DNA from: Polyangiaceae bacterium
GTDB taxonomy: Bacteria > Myxococcota_A > Polyangia > Polyangiales > Polyangiaceae
Direction: 5' to 3'
DNA length: 64,000 nucleotides
Assembly (NCBI GenBank): GCA_044376115.1
Contig: JBILLK010000036.1
Span: 32,001-96,000 of the forward strand
Shown here: positions 38,871 to 49,137 of the stretch, piece by piece
Layout of the letters: each line of letters opens with the position of its first letter
Position numbering within the stretch: the first letter of the stretch is position 1
The notes under the pieces: generated by a model
Database searches by the model: none
Told to the model about the DNA's origin: nothing
What the model saw: the letters and a program-made list of their open reading frames with translations, nothing else
Made by a program: the position numbers and the translations under genes

Positions 38871-41800
38871 ATGTCTGCTGAGACCCTTCACGACGCGGTC
38901 CTGAAGTTGAGCTCCTTTCTCGAGAGCGGGGAAGATCGTTATGAGCCGCTGCTCTCGTGGTTGCGCGGAGCCGAAGCCGCGGAGGAAGAGGTAGCGCAAG
39001 CCGTCAACGTGGCGCGCGCCGAGTTGCTCGGATCTCTCGCGCTGGCGGAGGAAGCGCCTGATTGGTTGCTGCCGAGCGCGCGCATCACGTTGCTGGCCGC
39101 GCAGGCTGATTCGAGCCGGCACGACGTGCTCTTCTCGGTGCTGCTGGGGGCGCTCAAGTCGCACGCCCCAGCGCATGAAATCGAGGCCGCTGCGCGCGCC
39201 CGCATCATCAACGGCCCGCTCGTGGACGCGCTTTCCTGCTTACCGTTCTTGGGCGGTGGCGAGGCGCTCTTGCTGCATGAAAACCGCGAGGCGGTGGCGC
39301 GGCTCGAGATCCTGATTTGGGAGGCCGGCGCGAGCGCTCGTGAGGTGCCTTCACTCGGGGCGTGGCTGTGGGCCAGCAGTGAGACTTTCCAGGTGATGGT
39401 GGAAGCGCCCGCGCACAGTACGTTGCTCGGGCGCGTGCTGGCCGCGCGCACGTTAGAGGTCAGCGCTTCGGGCATGCCGCCGCACGCGGACCCAGTGCTG
39501 GTGGGCAAGACGCTGCAGATCTTGCAACCGCTGTTGCTCCATCCCGAGCCGCTCGTGTGGGTGCATGCAGCGCGCGCTTTGGGCCGGCTCACCGGCCCGC
39601 TGATGCAGCTCGAAGGAACGCTGCTCGACTGGGTGCTCGGCGATACGAAGATCCTGCGGCAGCGCGCGACGACAGCCTTCGCCTCGTTACCCGCCGATCG
39701 CTTGAGCTTTCTCGCCAGCCAATTGATCTCGCTGGTGGACGCACCGGATGAAGATGGCTGGGTGCTCGCCGCGGTCGCAGCTGCAACGCCCTACCTCTAT
39801 TTTGAAAAGAAAAATGTGTGGGACCGCCTGCATGCACGCATCGTCCGCGGGGATGGTGGCGCTGTTTCGGCGCGGGCGCTGGCGCGCGGTCTTGCGACGT
39901 TGTGGCGGCGCGGTCATCGCGAGCCGGAGGTCGAGGCGGCGTTGCGTGGTCTGCGTGATCGCGCGCGCGCCGTGCGCCCCGCCTCGCTCGAAGAGCTGCG
40001 ACGCTGGATCGAGGTGATCGCGGTCACCGACCCGATCGACGGCGCCGAGCGCGACCCGCTCGATCTCGAACTGGGGCTCGAGAACCTGATGCGCTTGGCG
40101 GCCCAATACGACGATCACGAGGCCGACGCGCGCGCCGCTCGCTTTGCCAGCGCGCTGCACGCCAATCTGAAAGAGGCCTCGCGCATCGCGCTCTCCGACG
40201 GTCGCTTGCGGGTGCGCGCCGGGGCGATCAATGCGCTCGAGGGTTGTGCGCGCGCCTTCGCTTTGCGCTTGTGGGGCCCGCTCCTCGCCACCTCGCCCCA
40301 AGAAGAACGGCTGGAAGAGCCCGACCTTTTGCCGACCTGGAAGTTGATGGTCGAGATGCCGGCCAACATCCTCGATCGCGTGGCGGAGAAGCGCGCGCGC
40401 GGTGAGGCCGATCCGCAGGTGGATGACGCGCTCGAGGTCTTGGCCCTGCGTCTCGGCGGCTATGCGCTCGACTCCTGCGGCACCGACGGCGATCGCGGTG
40501 CCACCGCCAACGACACCTGCCTCTGGCTGCGCAAAGTCGATGGGCTCGTGGGTGGCTCGCGCGAGCTGCCGGCGCCGCTCAAATCGGCGCTCAGCTCGCT
40601 GTTTTGGCGTTTGGTAGACACCACGCGCGGCACCGCGCTCGGTGAGGTGGACGACGTCCGTTGGCTCGGGCCGTTTGCGGCTTGGTGGGCGCTGGTGATC
40701 GATCGGCCGGCGGTACTGTTGCAGTTAGCCACTGCGCTGCCGCTGATCGCCGATGGTGCGCTCGCGCTCTGTTGCGACAAGGCGCAGACGCTGCGCTCGG
40801 CGGTTTCTTCCGGCGGTGGTGACGGTGAATGGGCCGCCGATGCGCTCGGCGCGCTCAAGGTGCTGCACGCCGACGGCACCGCGCTCGCGCACGCTCTCTC
40901 GAGCTTGGCGCAGGCGCTTGTGGAGATGAAGTCGGCATCGGGCCGTTCGCAAGATCTGGAGGCGCGCGCGCTCAAGTTGGTGCTCGCCGGCAGTCGGTTG
41001 CACGGCGCCCTGGCCGATCCAATGCGCGCGCTGCACGAGGCGAGCGAGCAGACGGCGGAGGACTCGCTCGAGCGCAGCTCCACCGAGAACGCGCCGCGTG
41101 TGGCGACCTTGGTGGTGCGAGCGATTCGCGCGCGCGAGCTTTCGATGCTCGACGTTTGGTTGGCCTCGCTCGGCCCGGTGACAGCGCCGCTGCTCGAGAG
41201 TTCGCTGCGCGCGGCGATTGGGCGCACGCCGCCGCCGCCACCAACGAAGAAGAAAGAGCCCAAGGTGATCGAGGGCTACGAGCTGGTCAAGCCGCTAGGG
41301 GAGGGTGGTATCGGCAGCGTGTGGCTCGTGCGCAAGCCCGGCGCGGATCGCCTGTTCGTGCTCAAGATCCCCAAGGCCGAGGCGCTGGCTTCGGCCAATG
41401 ACGTGGAGCGCGAGGGCATCCTGGCGTCCTTCGTCGAAGAGGCCAAAGCGCTGGCTGGGCTCTATCACCCCAACGTCGCCAACATCATCGACCGCGGCGT
41501 CTCTTCGGACGTGCCCTTCTTGGTGCTCGAGTATTTGATCGGCGCCGATCTCAAGCAGTACTCCTTCGCGAAGAAGATGACCCTGTTCGAGGTGCGTCAG
41601 GTGGTGCTCGATTCGTGCGCTGGTCTCGCGGCCTTGCACAACGCAGGTCTCGTGCATCGCGACATCAAGCCGGCCAACATCTGGCTGCGACTTCCGCTCG
41701 CTGGCGGCGAGCAATTCGATCCGAAGAAGCACCGTGATCCCGCGCAGGTCCCGCCGCTCTCCACCGTCGTAATCGACTTCGGCATGGTGCGCGCAACCCG

Positions 41801-42140
41801 CGTCGCCGCCGAGGTGGGTGGCAAGTTCGTGGCCGGTACAGCCGGCTACATCGCACCGGAGCAGGTGCTCGATCCGGTGGAGCTCGACGTGCGCGCTGAC
41901 GTGTACGCCCTCGCCGGCACGGTCTACAACGTGACCACCGGCCGCGCGCTCTTCGATGACATCGAGAACTCGCGCGACCGCATCATCGCGCACATGCGCC
42001 GTGATCCATTTGAAGACGCTACGCGGCTCGCCGGTTATCCGGCCGGCATCGCGCGTTTGCTCAAAGTCGCCACCAGCCTCTCCCCCGCCGACCGGCCGAG
42101 CCCGATGGAGTTCGCACGCGAGTTCTCCGCCGCTCTTTGA
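38871..42140 (+). CDS. Cytoplasmic Ser/Thr kinase with ~790-aa alpha-helical (HEAT-like) N-terminal region
   Basis: C-terminal GEGGIG.V, VLK, HRDIKPAN, DFG, GTAGYIAPE; Leu/Ala-rich helical N-terminus; Pro-rich linker. Confidence 0.9.
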   Translation: MSAETLHDAVLKLSSFLESGEDRYEPLLSWLRGAEAAEEEVAQAVNVARAELLGSLALAEEAPDWLLPSARITLLAAQADSSRHDVLFSVLLGALKSHAPAHEIEAAARARIINGPLVDALSCLPFLGGGEALLLHENREAVARLEILIWEAGASAREVPSLGAWLWASSETFQVMVEAPAHSTLLGRVLAARTLEVSASGMPPHADPVLVGKTLQILQPLLLHPEPLVWVHAARALGRLTGPLMQLEGTLLDWVLGDTKILRQRATTAFASLPADRLSFLASQLISLVDAPDEDGWVLAAVAAATPYLYFEKKNVWDRLHARIVRGDGGAVSARALARGLATLWRRGHREPEVEAALRGLRDRARAVRPASLEELRRWIEVIAVTDPIDGAERDPLDLELGLENLMRLAAQYDDHEADARAARFASALHANLKEASRIALSDGRLRVRAGAINALEGCARAFALRLWGPLLATSPQEERLEEPDLLPTWKLMVEMPANILDRVAEKRARGEADPQVDDALEVLALRLGGYALDSCGTDGDRGATANDTCLWLRKVDGLVGGSRELPAPLKSALSSLFWRLVDTTRGTALGEVDDVRWLGPFAAWWALVIDRPAVLLQLATALPLIADGALALCCDKAQTLRSAVSSGGGDGEWAADALGALKVLHADGTALAHALSSLAQALVEMKSASGRSQDLEARALKLVLAGSRLHGALADPMRALHEASEQTAEDSLERSSTENAPRVATLVVRAIRARELSMLDVWLASLGPVTAPLLESSLRAAIGRTPPPPPTKKKEPKVIEGYELVKPLGEGGIGSVWLVRKPGADRLFVLKIPKAEALASANDVEREGILASFVEEAKALAGLYHPNVANIIDRGVSSDVPFLVLEYLIGADLKQYSFAKKMTLFEVRQVVLDSCAGLAALHNAGLVHRDIKPANIWLRLPLAGGEQFDPKKHRDPAQVPPLSTVVIDFGMVRATRVAAEVGGKFVAGTAGYIAPEQVLDPVELDVRADVYALAGTVYNVTTGRALFDDIENSRDRIIAHMRRDPFEDATRLAGYPAGIARLLKVATSLSPADRPSPMEFAREFSAAL

Positions 42141-42266
42141 GCGACAGTGCCACGCTGCCCGCGCTGTTTTCACCGCGTCCGGCGGTGCGGCGCACGCGGG
42201 TGCGGCGCGTTGAGGTCTGCTGGCCGTTGCTTACCATCGAGTGCTCTCGTAATCCTCAGTAACAAC

Positions 42267-45200
42267 ATGGCAAGAACAGCGCCCGTTCCTAATATCCCGC
42301 CCCTTCCAGGCATGTGCCCAAGCATCGCCGTATTGGCGGGCGGCGGTGACGGCGGAGGGGGGGGGGGGGGGGGGGCAAAGGCGCTGGCAACGGGAATGGG
42401 GGCGGTCCCGGCAGTGGAGACGGGTCGGGGGATGGCGCCAACGGTGACGGCACCGGCTCGGGAACGTGCGGGCAGGGCGCTGGAGGTTCATGCACCAACT
42501 GCACCTCCGGAACTGCGGCCGGTGACCCCGTGGACGTACTTACTGGCGAGGTGTTCACTCACCCTAAGACAGATCTGTTTCTGCCCGGCCCCTTCAATCT
42601 GCAGATTGACCGCACTTACAGCTCATTTGCCACCCGACGCGATGTAGGGCTCGGTTGGGGCTGGACCCATTCGCTCGCTTGGAGCGGCGAGATCCGTCGC
42701 GAGGAGATCGTGATTTGGAACGGACTCGGTCAAACCATCTCCTTTCCCAAGCTGCCAAACGTGGGTGACAGCTCCTCTCTCGGCGGCTGGTCCCTTTTGC
42801 GCGGTAGTAACTGTTATGTACTGCGCGCGGGCGATGAGTTTTTGCACATCTTTGGGCGAAATCCAGAGGCGCGCGACGAGCTGCTGCTGCTCTCAATCAA
42901 GTATCGAAACCTGGGTGAGTTTGAGCTGCGCTATCAGCGCGGGAAGCTAACGGAGGTGATCGACGCCGCAGGCCGAACTGTGCAGTTCGTCCGAGATGTG
43001 TCGGGGCGCATCGCGGCCCTCCAGGTCCCCTCGCCAAGTGGCCAATCCCTCGTATTTTCTCGCTATAGCTATGATCAAGCCGGCAATCTAAGCGAAGCAA
43101 TCGATGCCGATGGGAACCGCTGGGGCTACGCCTACGACGACCTACATCGCTTGACGACGATGGCCGTTCCGGGACCGCCCGGCCTGTTGTTCCGCTATTG
43201 CTATGATGCCAAAGGGCGCTGTTATGAGACTTGGGGCGAGCGAGAAGATGGCCTCGCCGAGCCGTGCCTAGTGCCTAATCTCCCGGCCTTGTTGGCCGAT
43301 GGGCGTACCAAGGCGAAGGGGATCCTGCACGCCTCCATCGAATTTGGTGAAGATGGTTACGTGGAGGTCGCCGACTCCGTTCGAGTTCAGCGGTTCTTCG
43401 CTGGTACCGCAGGCAAGACCGAGAAGGCGATCAATGGCCGAGGGGGAGTCACAAGTCGGCAGATCGATCCGGAGGGCAACATAACCGCGCACACAGACGC
43501 GAACGGAGCAACTTGGACCTATGTCTATGATGACGTAGGCCAGGTAATCGATGCTACCGACGCCGAAGGGCGTCGCGTCCGCTACACCCGCGACGGCGAA
43601 GGCCGCATCCTGCGCGCTCAAGATGGCACTGGCCGGGTCTTTGAGTACGGCCGAAACGCGCACGGCCACATCGAGTGGGTGCGTAGTCCCAAAGGTGGAA
43701 TGACCATTCACCGCTACGACAGTCGCGGTCTCCTGTCCGAAAGCACGGACCCATCTGGTCGTCGGACTCGCTACGAGCGCGATAGCCACGGAAACGTCAC
43801 CCGCGTGATTCACCCCAACCAATCGAGCACTGTGCTCACCTACGACTTCTGGGGCCGGCGGACGAAGGAAACACTGCCGGATGGCCGAACCTTTAATTAT
43901 CTATTCAGCGCGTCAGGAAAGATCATTGAAGCCCGGGATGATTTGGGACGGAGCCGCCAGTTTGCTTATGATGCATTGGGCAACGTGCTTCAAGAACGTG
44001 AGGCCGACGGCTCCGGCTGGCTACACCGCATGGGAGGACTTGGCTGGCTTGCCTCTTCCAAAGACCCGCTAGGCGGCGAGGTTCGTGGTTTCTATAACCG
44101 TGAAGGTTGGCTGGTAACGATAGTCAATGAGCGCGGAGAGACGACAGAACACGAACACAACGCGACTGGCGTAGTGGTGAGGCAGAAAACCTTTGATGGC
44201 CGGGTGGTGCGCTATCTGAGAGATGCACGGGATTACATCGTCGCGATCGTCGACGCCGCCGGCAAGACCACGATCGAGCGAAACAAGGTGGGCCAGATAA
44301 CGTCCATCGTTGGCCCCGACGGCTCTGCACGCGAGTTCGAGTACGACCAAAGCGGCGCGCTCGCGGTGGCGCGCGCACCCGGAACGGCAATGAGCTGGCA
44401 GCGAGATGCCGACGGCGAGATTTTGAGGGAGACCGTAACCGTCAACGGCAGCAACTACTTTGTTGAGACATCGCGGGATCTGATGGGCCGCCGGCTGCTC
44501 ACGCAAACCAGCCTTGGACATGTCGTCGAGGTTAAACGCGACGAATCTGGCGACCCTCAAGAACTGATTGCCGATGGTGGCGAGGTCGTGCGCTTCAAGC
44601 GGGACGCAATGGGCTGGCCACTCAGGCGCGAGCTTCCGCGTGGCGGCGCTATCGTCGATGAACTCGACGGCGCGGGACGGCTGAGGAAACGGTCGGTGCA
44701 AACGGCCGGGGCTGAAGCGCGCGCTCGATCTGACGAGCCAGCCTACCTCGGTACCCGAGACCAGGCCGTTGAGAAGGCTTATCAGTATAGCCCTGTTGAT
44801 GAGCTCGTGAGCGTCACTACCTCTGATGGCGGCACCATCGAGTTTGAGTATGATCTACGGCATCAACTCCTCAATCGGCGCTCGCGAACCGACAATGAGA
44901 GCTTTCAGTACGACGCGGTGGGCAACCCGCTGGAGGCAGGTGTGACGCCTGTGCATCGCGAGTACGATGCGGGTTCACGCCTCAAAGTACGAGGCAGTGT
45001 TGAATACGAGTACGATACCCGGGGGCGAGTCGCTGCTAAGCACACGCAACTGAGCGACGGTAAGCGTCAATCCACTCGCTATCATTATGATGCCTTTAAC
45101 CTGCTCCGCTCGGTTGAGCTGCCCGATGGGCTGGTCATCAACAATGTTTACGACGCGTTTGCGCGGAGAATCGAGAAGCGCGTCAGCAAGAGGCAGGGTG

Positions 45201-46219
45201 CTCGAGTAAACCTGGTCTCGACAACGCACTATATCTGGGATCAGGTCAGCGTCGTTCACCAGATCGAGAGTCGGTTCAAAGGCGTGCGTGAGGTGACGAC
45301 CTTCCTCTATGAGACGCCCGAAGACACGGTGCCGATCGCTGAACGGCAGCAGGATACGGGGGATTGGCTGCACTACGTGCATGAGGTGAGCGGGGCCCCA
45401 GAGGAGGTGGTCGACAGTGAAGGCCGACTGGTCGCCCGCGCCAAGCACTCGGTGTACGGCCTGTGGCGCTGGTCCTCCGATGGCGGCGTGCAGGCCAAGG
45501 TTCCCTTCCGCTTCCCTGGCCAAATGGCTGATGCCGAGACTGGCCTATTCTATAATCGCTATCGGACCTATGACCCAGAGACTGGGCGTTACCTGACTCC
45601 TGACCCGTTGGGGTTAGACGGCGGCTTCAATTTATACAGCTATGGTCCCAACCCGGTTGGTTGGTTCGATCCAATGGGCTGGCACACCATGAACGTGACG
45701 AAGAAGCCAGATGGCTTCAACGCTACCCATGCGACCGACAAGAAGGCAAAAGGCGGTCCCCAGTATGAGTCGGGCATGGACAACTGCCCCGGTGGACCGC
45801 CTCAGAGTGAAAACCTGAAGTCTCGAGCTCGCTGCCACACCGAACAGAAATTCGCCCACGACCTGATAAAGTCGGGCAAGAAGTTCAAGGACAAGGACTT
45901 CACGCTCACCGGGGAATTACCACCATGCCCCAATTGCCACCGAGCGCTTCAGCACGCCTCAGACGAGTCTGGCGCTAATGTGCAATACCAATGGAAGGGG
46001 CCTGGCGGTGAGATGCAAACGATCACCTACAAGCCGAAGACGCCCCCCACTGGAAGTGGAAGTCAGGCGACGCAGCTCGTCTCCGCAGACGGTACCAAAG
46101 GTGCCTACAAGACCACTGCCGATACGGATCGACGGAACGGCTATCGGTATAACGACTACGGTAAGGCCTCCTCCACCTATACGAAGCTCTCAGGCCAACT
46201 GGACAATGACGAGGATTGA
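42267..46219 (+). CDS. rhs: Rhs/YD-repeat polymorphic toxin (DUF6531 + Rhs core) with C-terminal Zn-dependent deaminase; frame broken in a G19 tract at 42357-42375
   Basis: MARTAPVPNIPP.. from ATG 42267. After the poly-G, the -1 frame gives a Gly linker and GDPVDVLTGEV..RTYSS..LGWGW (DUF6531), YD repeats, RFPGQ..D.ETGL.YNRYR.YDPETGRY..PDPLG..DPMGW, and a CT with HTE..PPCPNC. Confidence 0.9.
42357..42375 (+). repeat. 19-nt G homopolymer inside the rhs 5' coding region
   Basis: Counted directly as 4+10+5 G; G20 or G17 would restore the frame. Confidence 0.9.
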
Positions 46220-46222
46220 CCG

Positions 46223-47008
46223 TTAGCCCTCAAACGGGGGTAGCTTTAGCTGGCCTGCGTCAACGGCACGCGCTGCCTCTTGCCACCCCTCGAACTCCCA
46301 GGCTCCGACTTCACTCGAGTAAGTGCGAACGCGAGCCCCGTAGCGGCGCGCTGCACCGCAGCCCAGTTCGGGCAACCCTAGAATCAAACTCGGTGCTGCT
46401 GCCAGGTCGACAACGACGAGCGGAGCACCCCCGATCAGCACGCGTCCATCCACGACCACATAGCCGCCAGCAAATGGAAAACTAGCCTCGAAGCGAAGTT
46501 TACCAGCCTCTAGCTTGGCGACCACCAACACCCCATCGTTGGTGCTGTCTTCAACCAGCACGCGCCCACCTTGCAGGTAGTTTATCGCGTAGAGCCGAGA
46601 GGCCTCTGTAAGAGGGTAGCCCTCGAGTTGAAGCTTTTTGAAGCCACCTGTCTCCAGGTCGAGCTCGAACAACTCGCCCAGATCAGCCGTTAGGATGGCT
46701 TTGCCGGCAGCTTCAGCAAAGTCGATGTCGTGGAAGGCCGGCAAGTCTTGGGCGACACGCAACTTCTCTTTGTAAAGCCAGTGAAGACGATGCCGGGTCT
46801 CCTTGGATTTCTTCTTTCCGCGGGTCACCACAACGGTCTCTTTGACCGTGGTGTACCACGTGCCCGCTGGTGAACAGCGCACCTCCTCCGACTCCGCCGG
46901 GAAGCGCGCTGCTACCTCTGCCGGAACCACTGATAGTGGGTCATCCTCAACGTTGGCAAAGTCACCAACCTTGCTAGCTCGAAGGTAAGGCCCGGCGTCG
47001 ATCTTCAT
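46223..47008 (-). CDS. Hypothetical beta-rich protein convergent on rhs (candidate immunity/accessory)
   Basis: 261-aa ORF whose stop lies 3 bp from the rhs stop; island-like composition; no motif recognised. Confidence 0.65.
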   Translation of the reverse strand: MKIDAGPYLRASKVGDFANVEDDPLSVVPAEVAARFPAESEEVRCSPAGTWYTTVKETVVVTRGKKKSKETRHRLHWLYKEKLRVAQDLPAFHDIDFAEAAGKAILTADLGELFELDLETGGFKKLQLEGYPLTEASRLYAINYLQGGRVLVEDSTNDGVLVVAKLEAGKLRFEASFPFAGGYVVVDGRVLIGGAPLVVVDLAAAPSLILGLPELGCGAARRYGARVRTYSSEVGAWEFEGWQEAARAVDAGQLKLPPFEG

Positions 47009-47041
47009 GTTGCTCGTTCTCGCAGGTGCGACACGGGCGCG

Positions 47042-47830
47042 TCAAGAACACCCGTTCTCGTGGCAGCGCGCTGCCTCGTTCAGAACGCAGCGCACCCAGC
47101 GGCTGAGCGCCTCTCCTGCGTCCTCATCGTCGAGGTCGTCCGCGTCATCGGCTATGACGTCATAGCGTTCACTGCGCGCGGCAAGCGCAAGCACGATTTC
47201 ACTCTCTGACTGCAGCGGCAGGAGCACACCTGGGCGAAGTCTGCCAACCTCATTGGTCCACTCGGGCGAGTGCAGGTTTGCCAGACCGAAACGTGAAGTC
47301 ATTTCAGAGGCCTTCGCGCGGGGGTTGAAACTGACGAAGAAGCTACCCTCACCGCCATCGCGACGTACGAACTCTAGCTCGGCATCGCTAGGCAAGCGAA
47401 AGCCAGCCTGTTCGGCGAGCGAGAGCGCCGTGCTTTGCTCTGGCGTGTCATGGTCGACCCTATTGTTCGAGATGCGTCGATAGTCTGCTGAAGTGAGCGG
47501 ACTTACCGTCATCAGTAGCGGGTCGACGTGGCGCAGCTCTCGCGTGGAGCATCCAGCTGCGATCTCACCTAGCTCCTGCTCTGTCGTTGGGTAGCCAAAG
47601 CCTTGAAGCGCTTGTCTGTCGCGCGGTCCGAACCCCGCCTCAAACCACCCTCCAGCAACGAAGCGGAAGGCGAGTTGCGTCGTACGGTGGAGAAAGAACG
47701 GCTCATTGGCGCTGTCGGTGAGCAGCTGAAAGTCTGCGAGCAGCTCCGCGAGTTGCTGGAGTTTGTGCGAGCGCTCGCTGAGGCGCAACGTGCGCCAAAC
47801 GGAGAGGTCGAACCAAGGGGCGGTGCTCAC
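47042..47830 (-). CDS. Degenerate FGE-sulfatase (SUMF1)-like domain protein
   Basis: FRFVAGGWFEAG, GFRLPSDAELEFVRRDG, SRFGLANL..EW motifs; start guessed at GTG 47830. Confidence 0.7.
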   Translation of the reverse strand: MSTAPWFDLSVWRTLRLSERSHKLQQLAELLADFQLLTDSANEPFFLHRTTQLAFRFVAGGWFEAGFGPRDRQALQGFGYPTTEQELGEIAAGCSTRELRHVDPLLMTVSPLTSADYRRISNNRVDHDTPEQSTALSLAEQAGFRLPSDAELEFVRRDGGEGSFFVSFNPRAKASEMTSRFGLANLHSPEWTNEVGRLRPGVLLPLQSESEIVLALAARSERYDVIADDADDLDDEDAGEALSRWVRCVLNEAARCHENGCS

Positions 47831-47898
47831 TGCGAGCAGCTTATCGCGATAGCGTCGGAACACGTTGCCCACGCATCGATCTACTCGTAGAACGCACC

Positions 47899-48972
47899 AT
47901 GCTCGATTGGACATTCGGGTTCGCACCTGGGTCCCGGCCAAGTCAGTCGGACTATACCGAGCAAGCTCAACGGGCGGCGGAGCAGGGCGACTACGCGCTC
48001 GCACTTCAACAGCTCGCAGGGGCCTTCTCCTTTGATCCAAGCGCGATGCATCCACGAACGGTGTTCTCCCTCGTGCTCGCCAAGGTCAGCCACCCGGCTA
48101 GGTTGCTACCGCTCAAGGGCAGCGTCTTTTTTGGAGTGGTGGCACTGCACGCAGCGGTTCTCGCTCACGAGTCCCAACTGTCCAAGGCACTGACTCTGCT
48201 TATGCGGGTCGTCGAGTTTCGACCTGAGATCGGCTACCTCGCTTGGGCTGTCGAGTGGTGCCAAGAAAAGTCGATTCGAGGTGTGAGTGTGGCTGAGCTG
48301 TTGGGTTTGTTCGCCAGTGCTCTTCAGCAAGCTGAGTATTCACCAGATACCCGCGGGCTCGTGGTGAACCTCGAATCCCTCGTGGCCTTGGCTTCTGCAT
48401 TTGCCCAAGCTCGACCAGCTCTCGAACGCCAACTCACGGTGATAGCTGTCCGCGCTCAAGAACTTATGGACCGGCGAATGGACCCGGTTGCCGAGGCGAT
48501 TCGACATTGTTTGCGGCGATACGATGAGACCGAGATGTCGAGCCGAACGGCCGTCGTTAGGCTCCGCCTGCGAGGGTCGTTGGTGACACCTTCGGCTCGT
48601 ACGCTCTTTCGCGCAGCCCTTCATGCGCGCGGCCGAACCGGAGCGCTACTCGTCGATGACGACGTGGTCTCTGAAGTTGCGCGACCTGAGGACCACGCAG
48701 CGCTCGCGGCTCAAGTGGGCGAGACGATGGCCATGCTTTCGGATGGGCGCCAGCCATCGTTGGAGCAGCTACGTGTTGCCTATGAGTGGCCAGTTCTTAG
48801 CGCGGATGAGGATCCCGTGGCGGCCTTCGAGCTTCAAAGACGCGACTTACTGCATTGTGCGCAGCGACAGTTCCCGGTTCTCACGCAAGAGTGGTGCGAG
48901 CAATTGGCGCGCTCTTCCGACCACTGGGCAGCGCGCCCGGCGTTGGCACTGCGCAGGACACTTGATCGCTAA
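47899..48972 (+). CDS. TPR-like helical hypothetical protein
   Basis: AQRAAEQGDYALALQQLAGAFSFDP and KALTLLMRVVEFRPEIGY helical pairs. Confidence 0.6.
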   Translation: MLDWTFGFAPGSRPSQSDYTEQAQRAAEQGDYALALQQLAGAFSFDPSAMHPRTVFSLVLAKVSHPARLLPLKGSVFFGVVALHAAVLAHESQLSKALTLLMRVVEFRPEIGYLAWAVEWCQEKSIRGVSVAELLGLFASALQQAEYSPDTRGLVVNLESLVALASAFAQARPALERQLTVIAVRAQELMDRRMDPVAEAIRHCLRRYDETEMSSRTAVVRLRLRGSLVTPSARTLFRAALHARGRTGALLVDDDVVSEVARPEDHAALAAQVGETMAMLSDGRQPSLEQLRVAYEWPVLSADEDPVAAFELQRRDLLHCAQRQFPVLTQEWCEQLARSSDHWAARPALALRRTLDR

Positions 48973-49137
48973 GCTGCGGCTTGTCTGTCGTTCAACCGAA
49001 GTTGATCGTCAATTGCGAACAGGCCCGGCTGAGCCACGTGCGGACGCACGAGCAACGGTGCGTTCTCCTGGGGCGAACTGGCGCGCTCGCTCCTGCGTGC
49101 ACATACTCGGCGCCTCTATCACCGAGGAGTCTCTCGC

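Noticed and set aside
46216..46485. 89-aa + strand ORF overlapping the rhs stop as the immunity gene
   Set aside because: Arg/Pro-rich shadow-like composition, TTG start, and almost entirely antisense to the better 261-aa ORF; not formally excluded.
47042..48055. FGE-like (C-type lectin fold) protein as a DGR target, and the long 337-aa version of the ORF
   Set aside because: No template repeat or RT nearby; the extended N-terminus overlaps the divergent gene 47899..48972.
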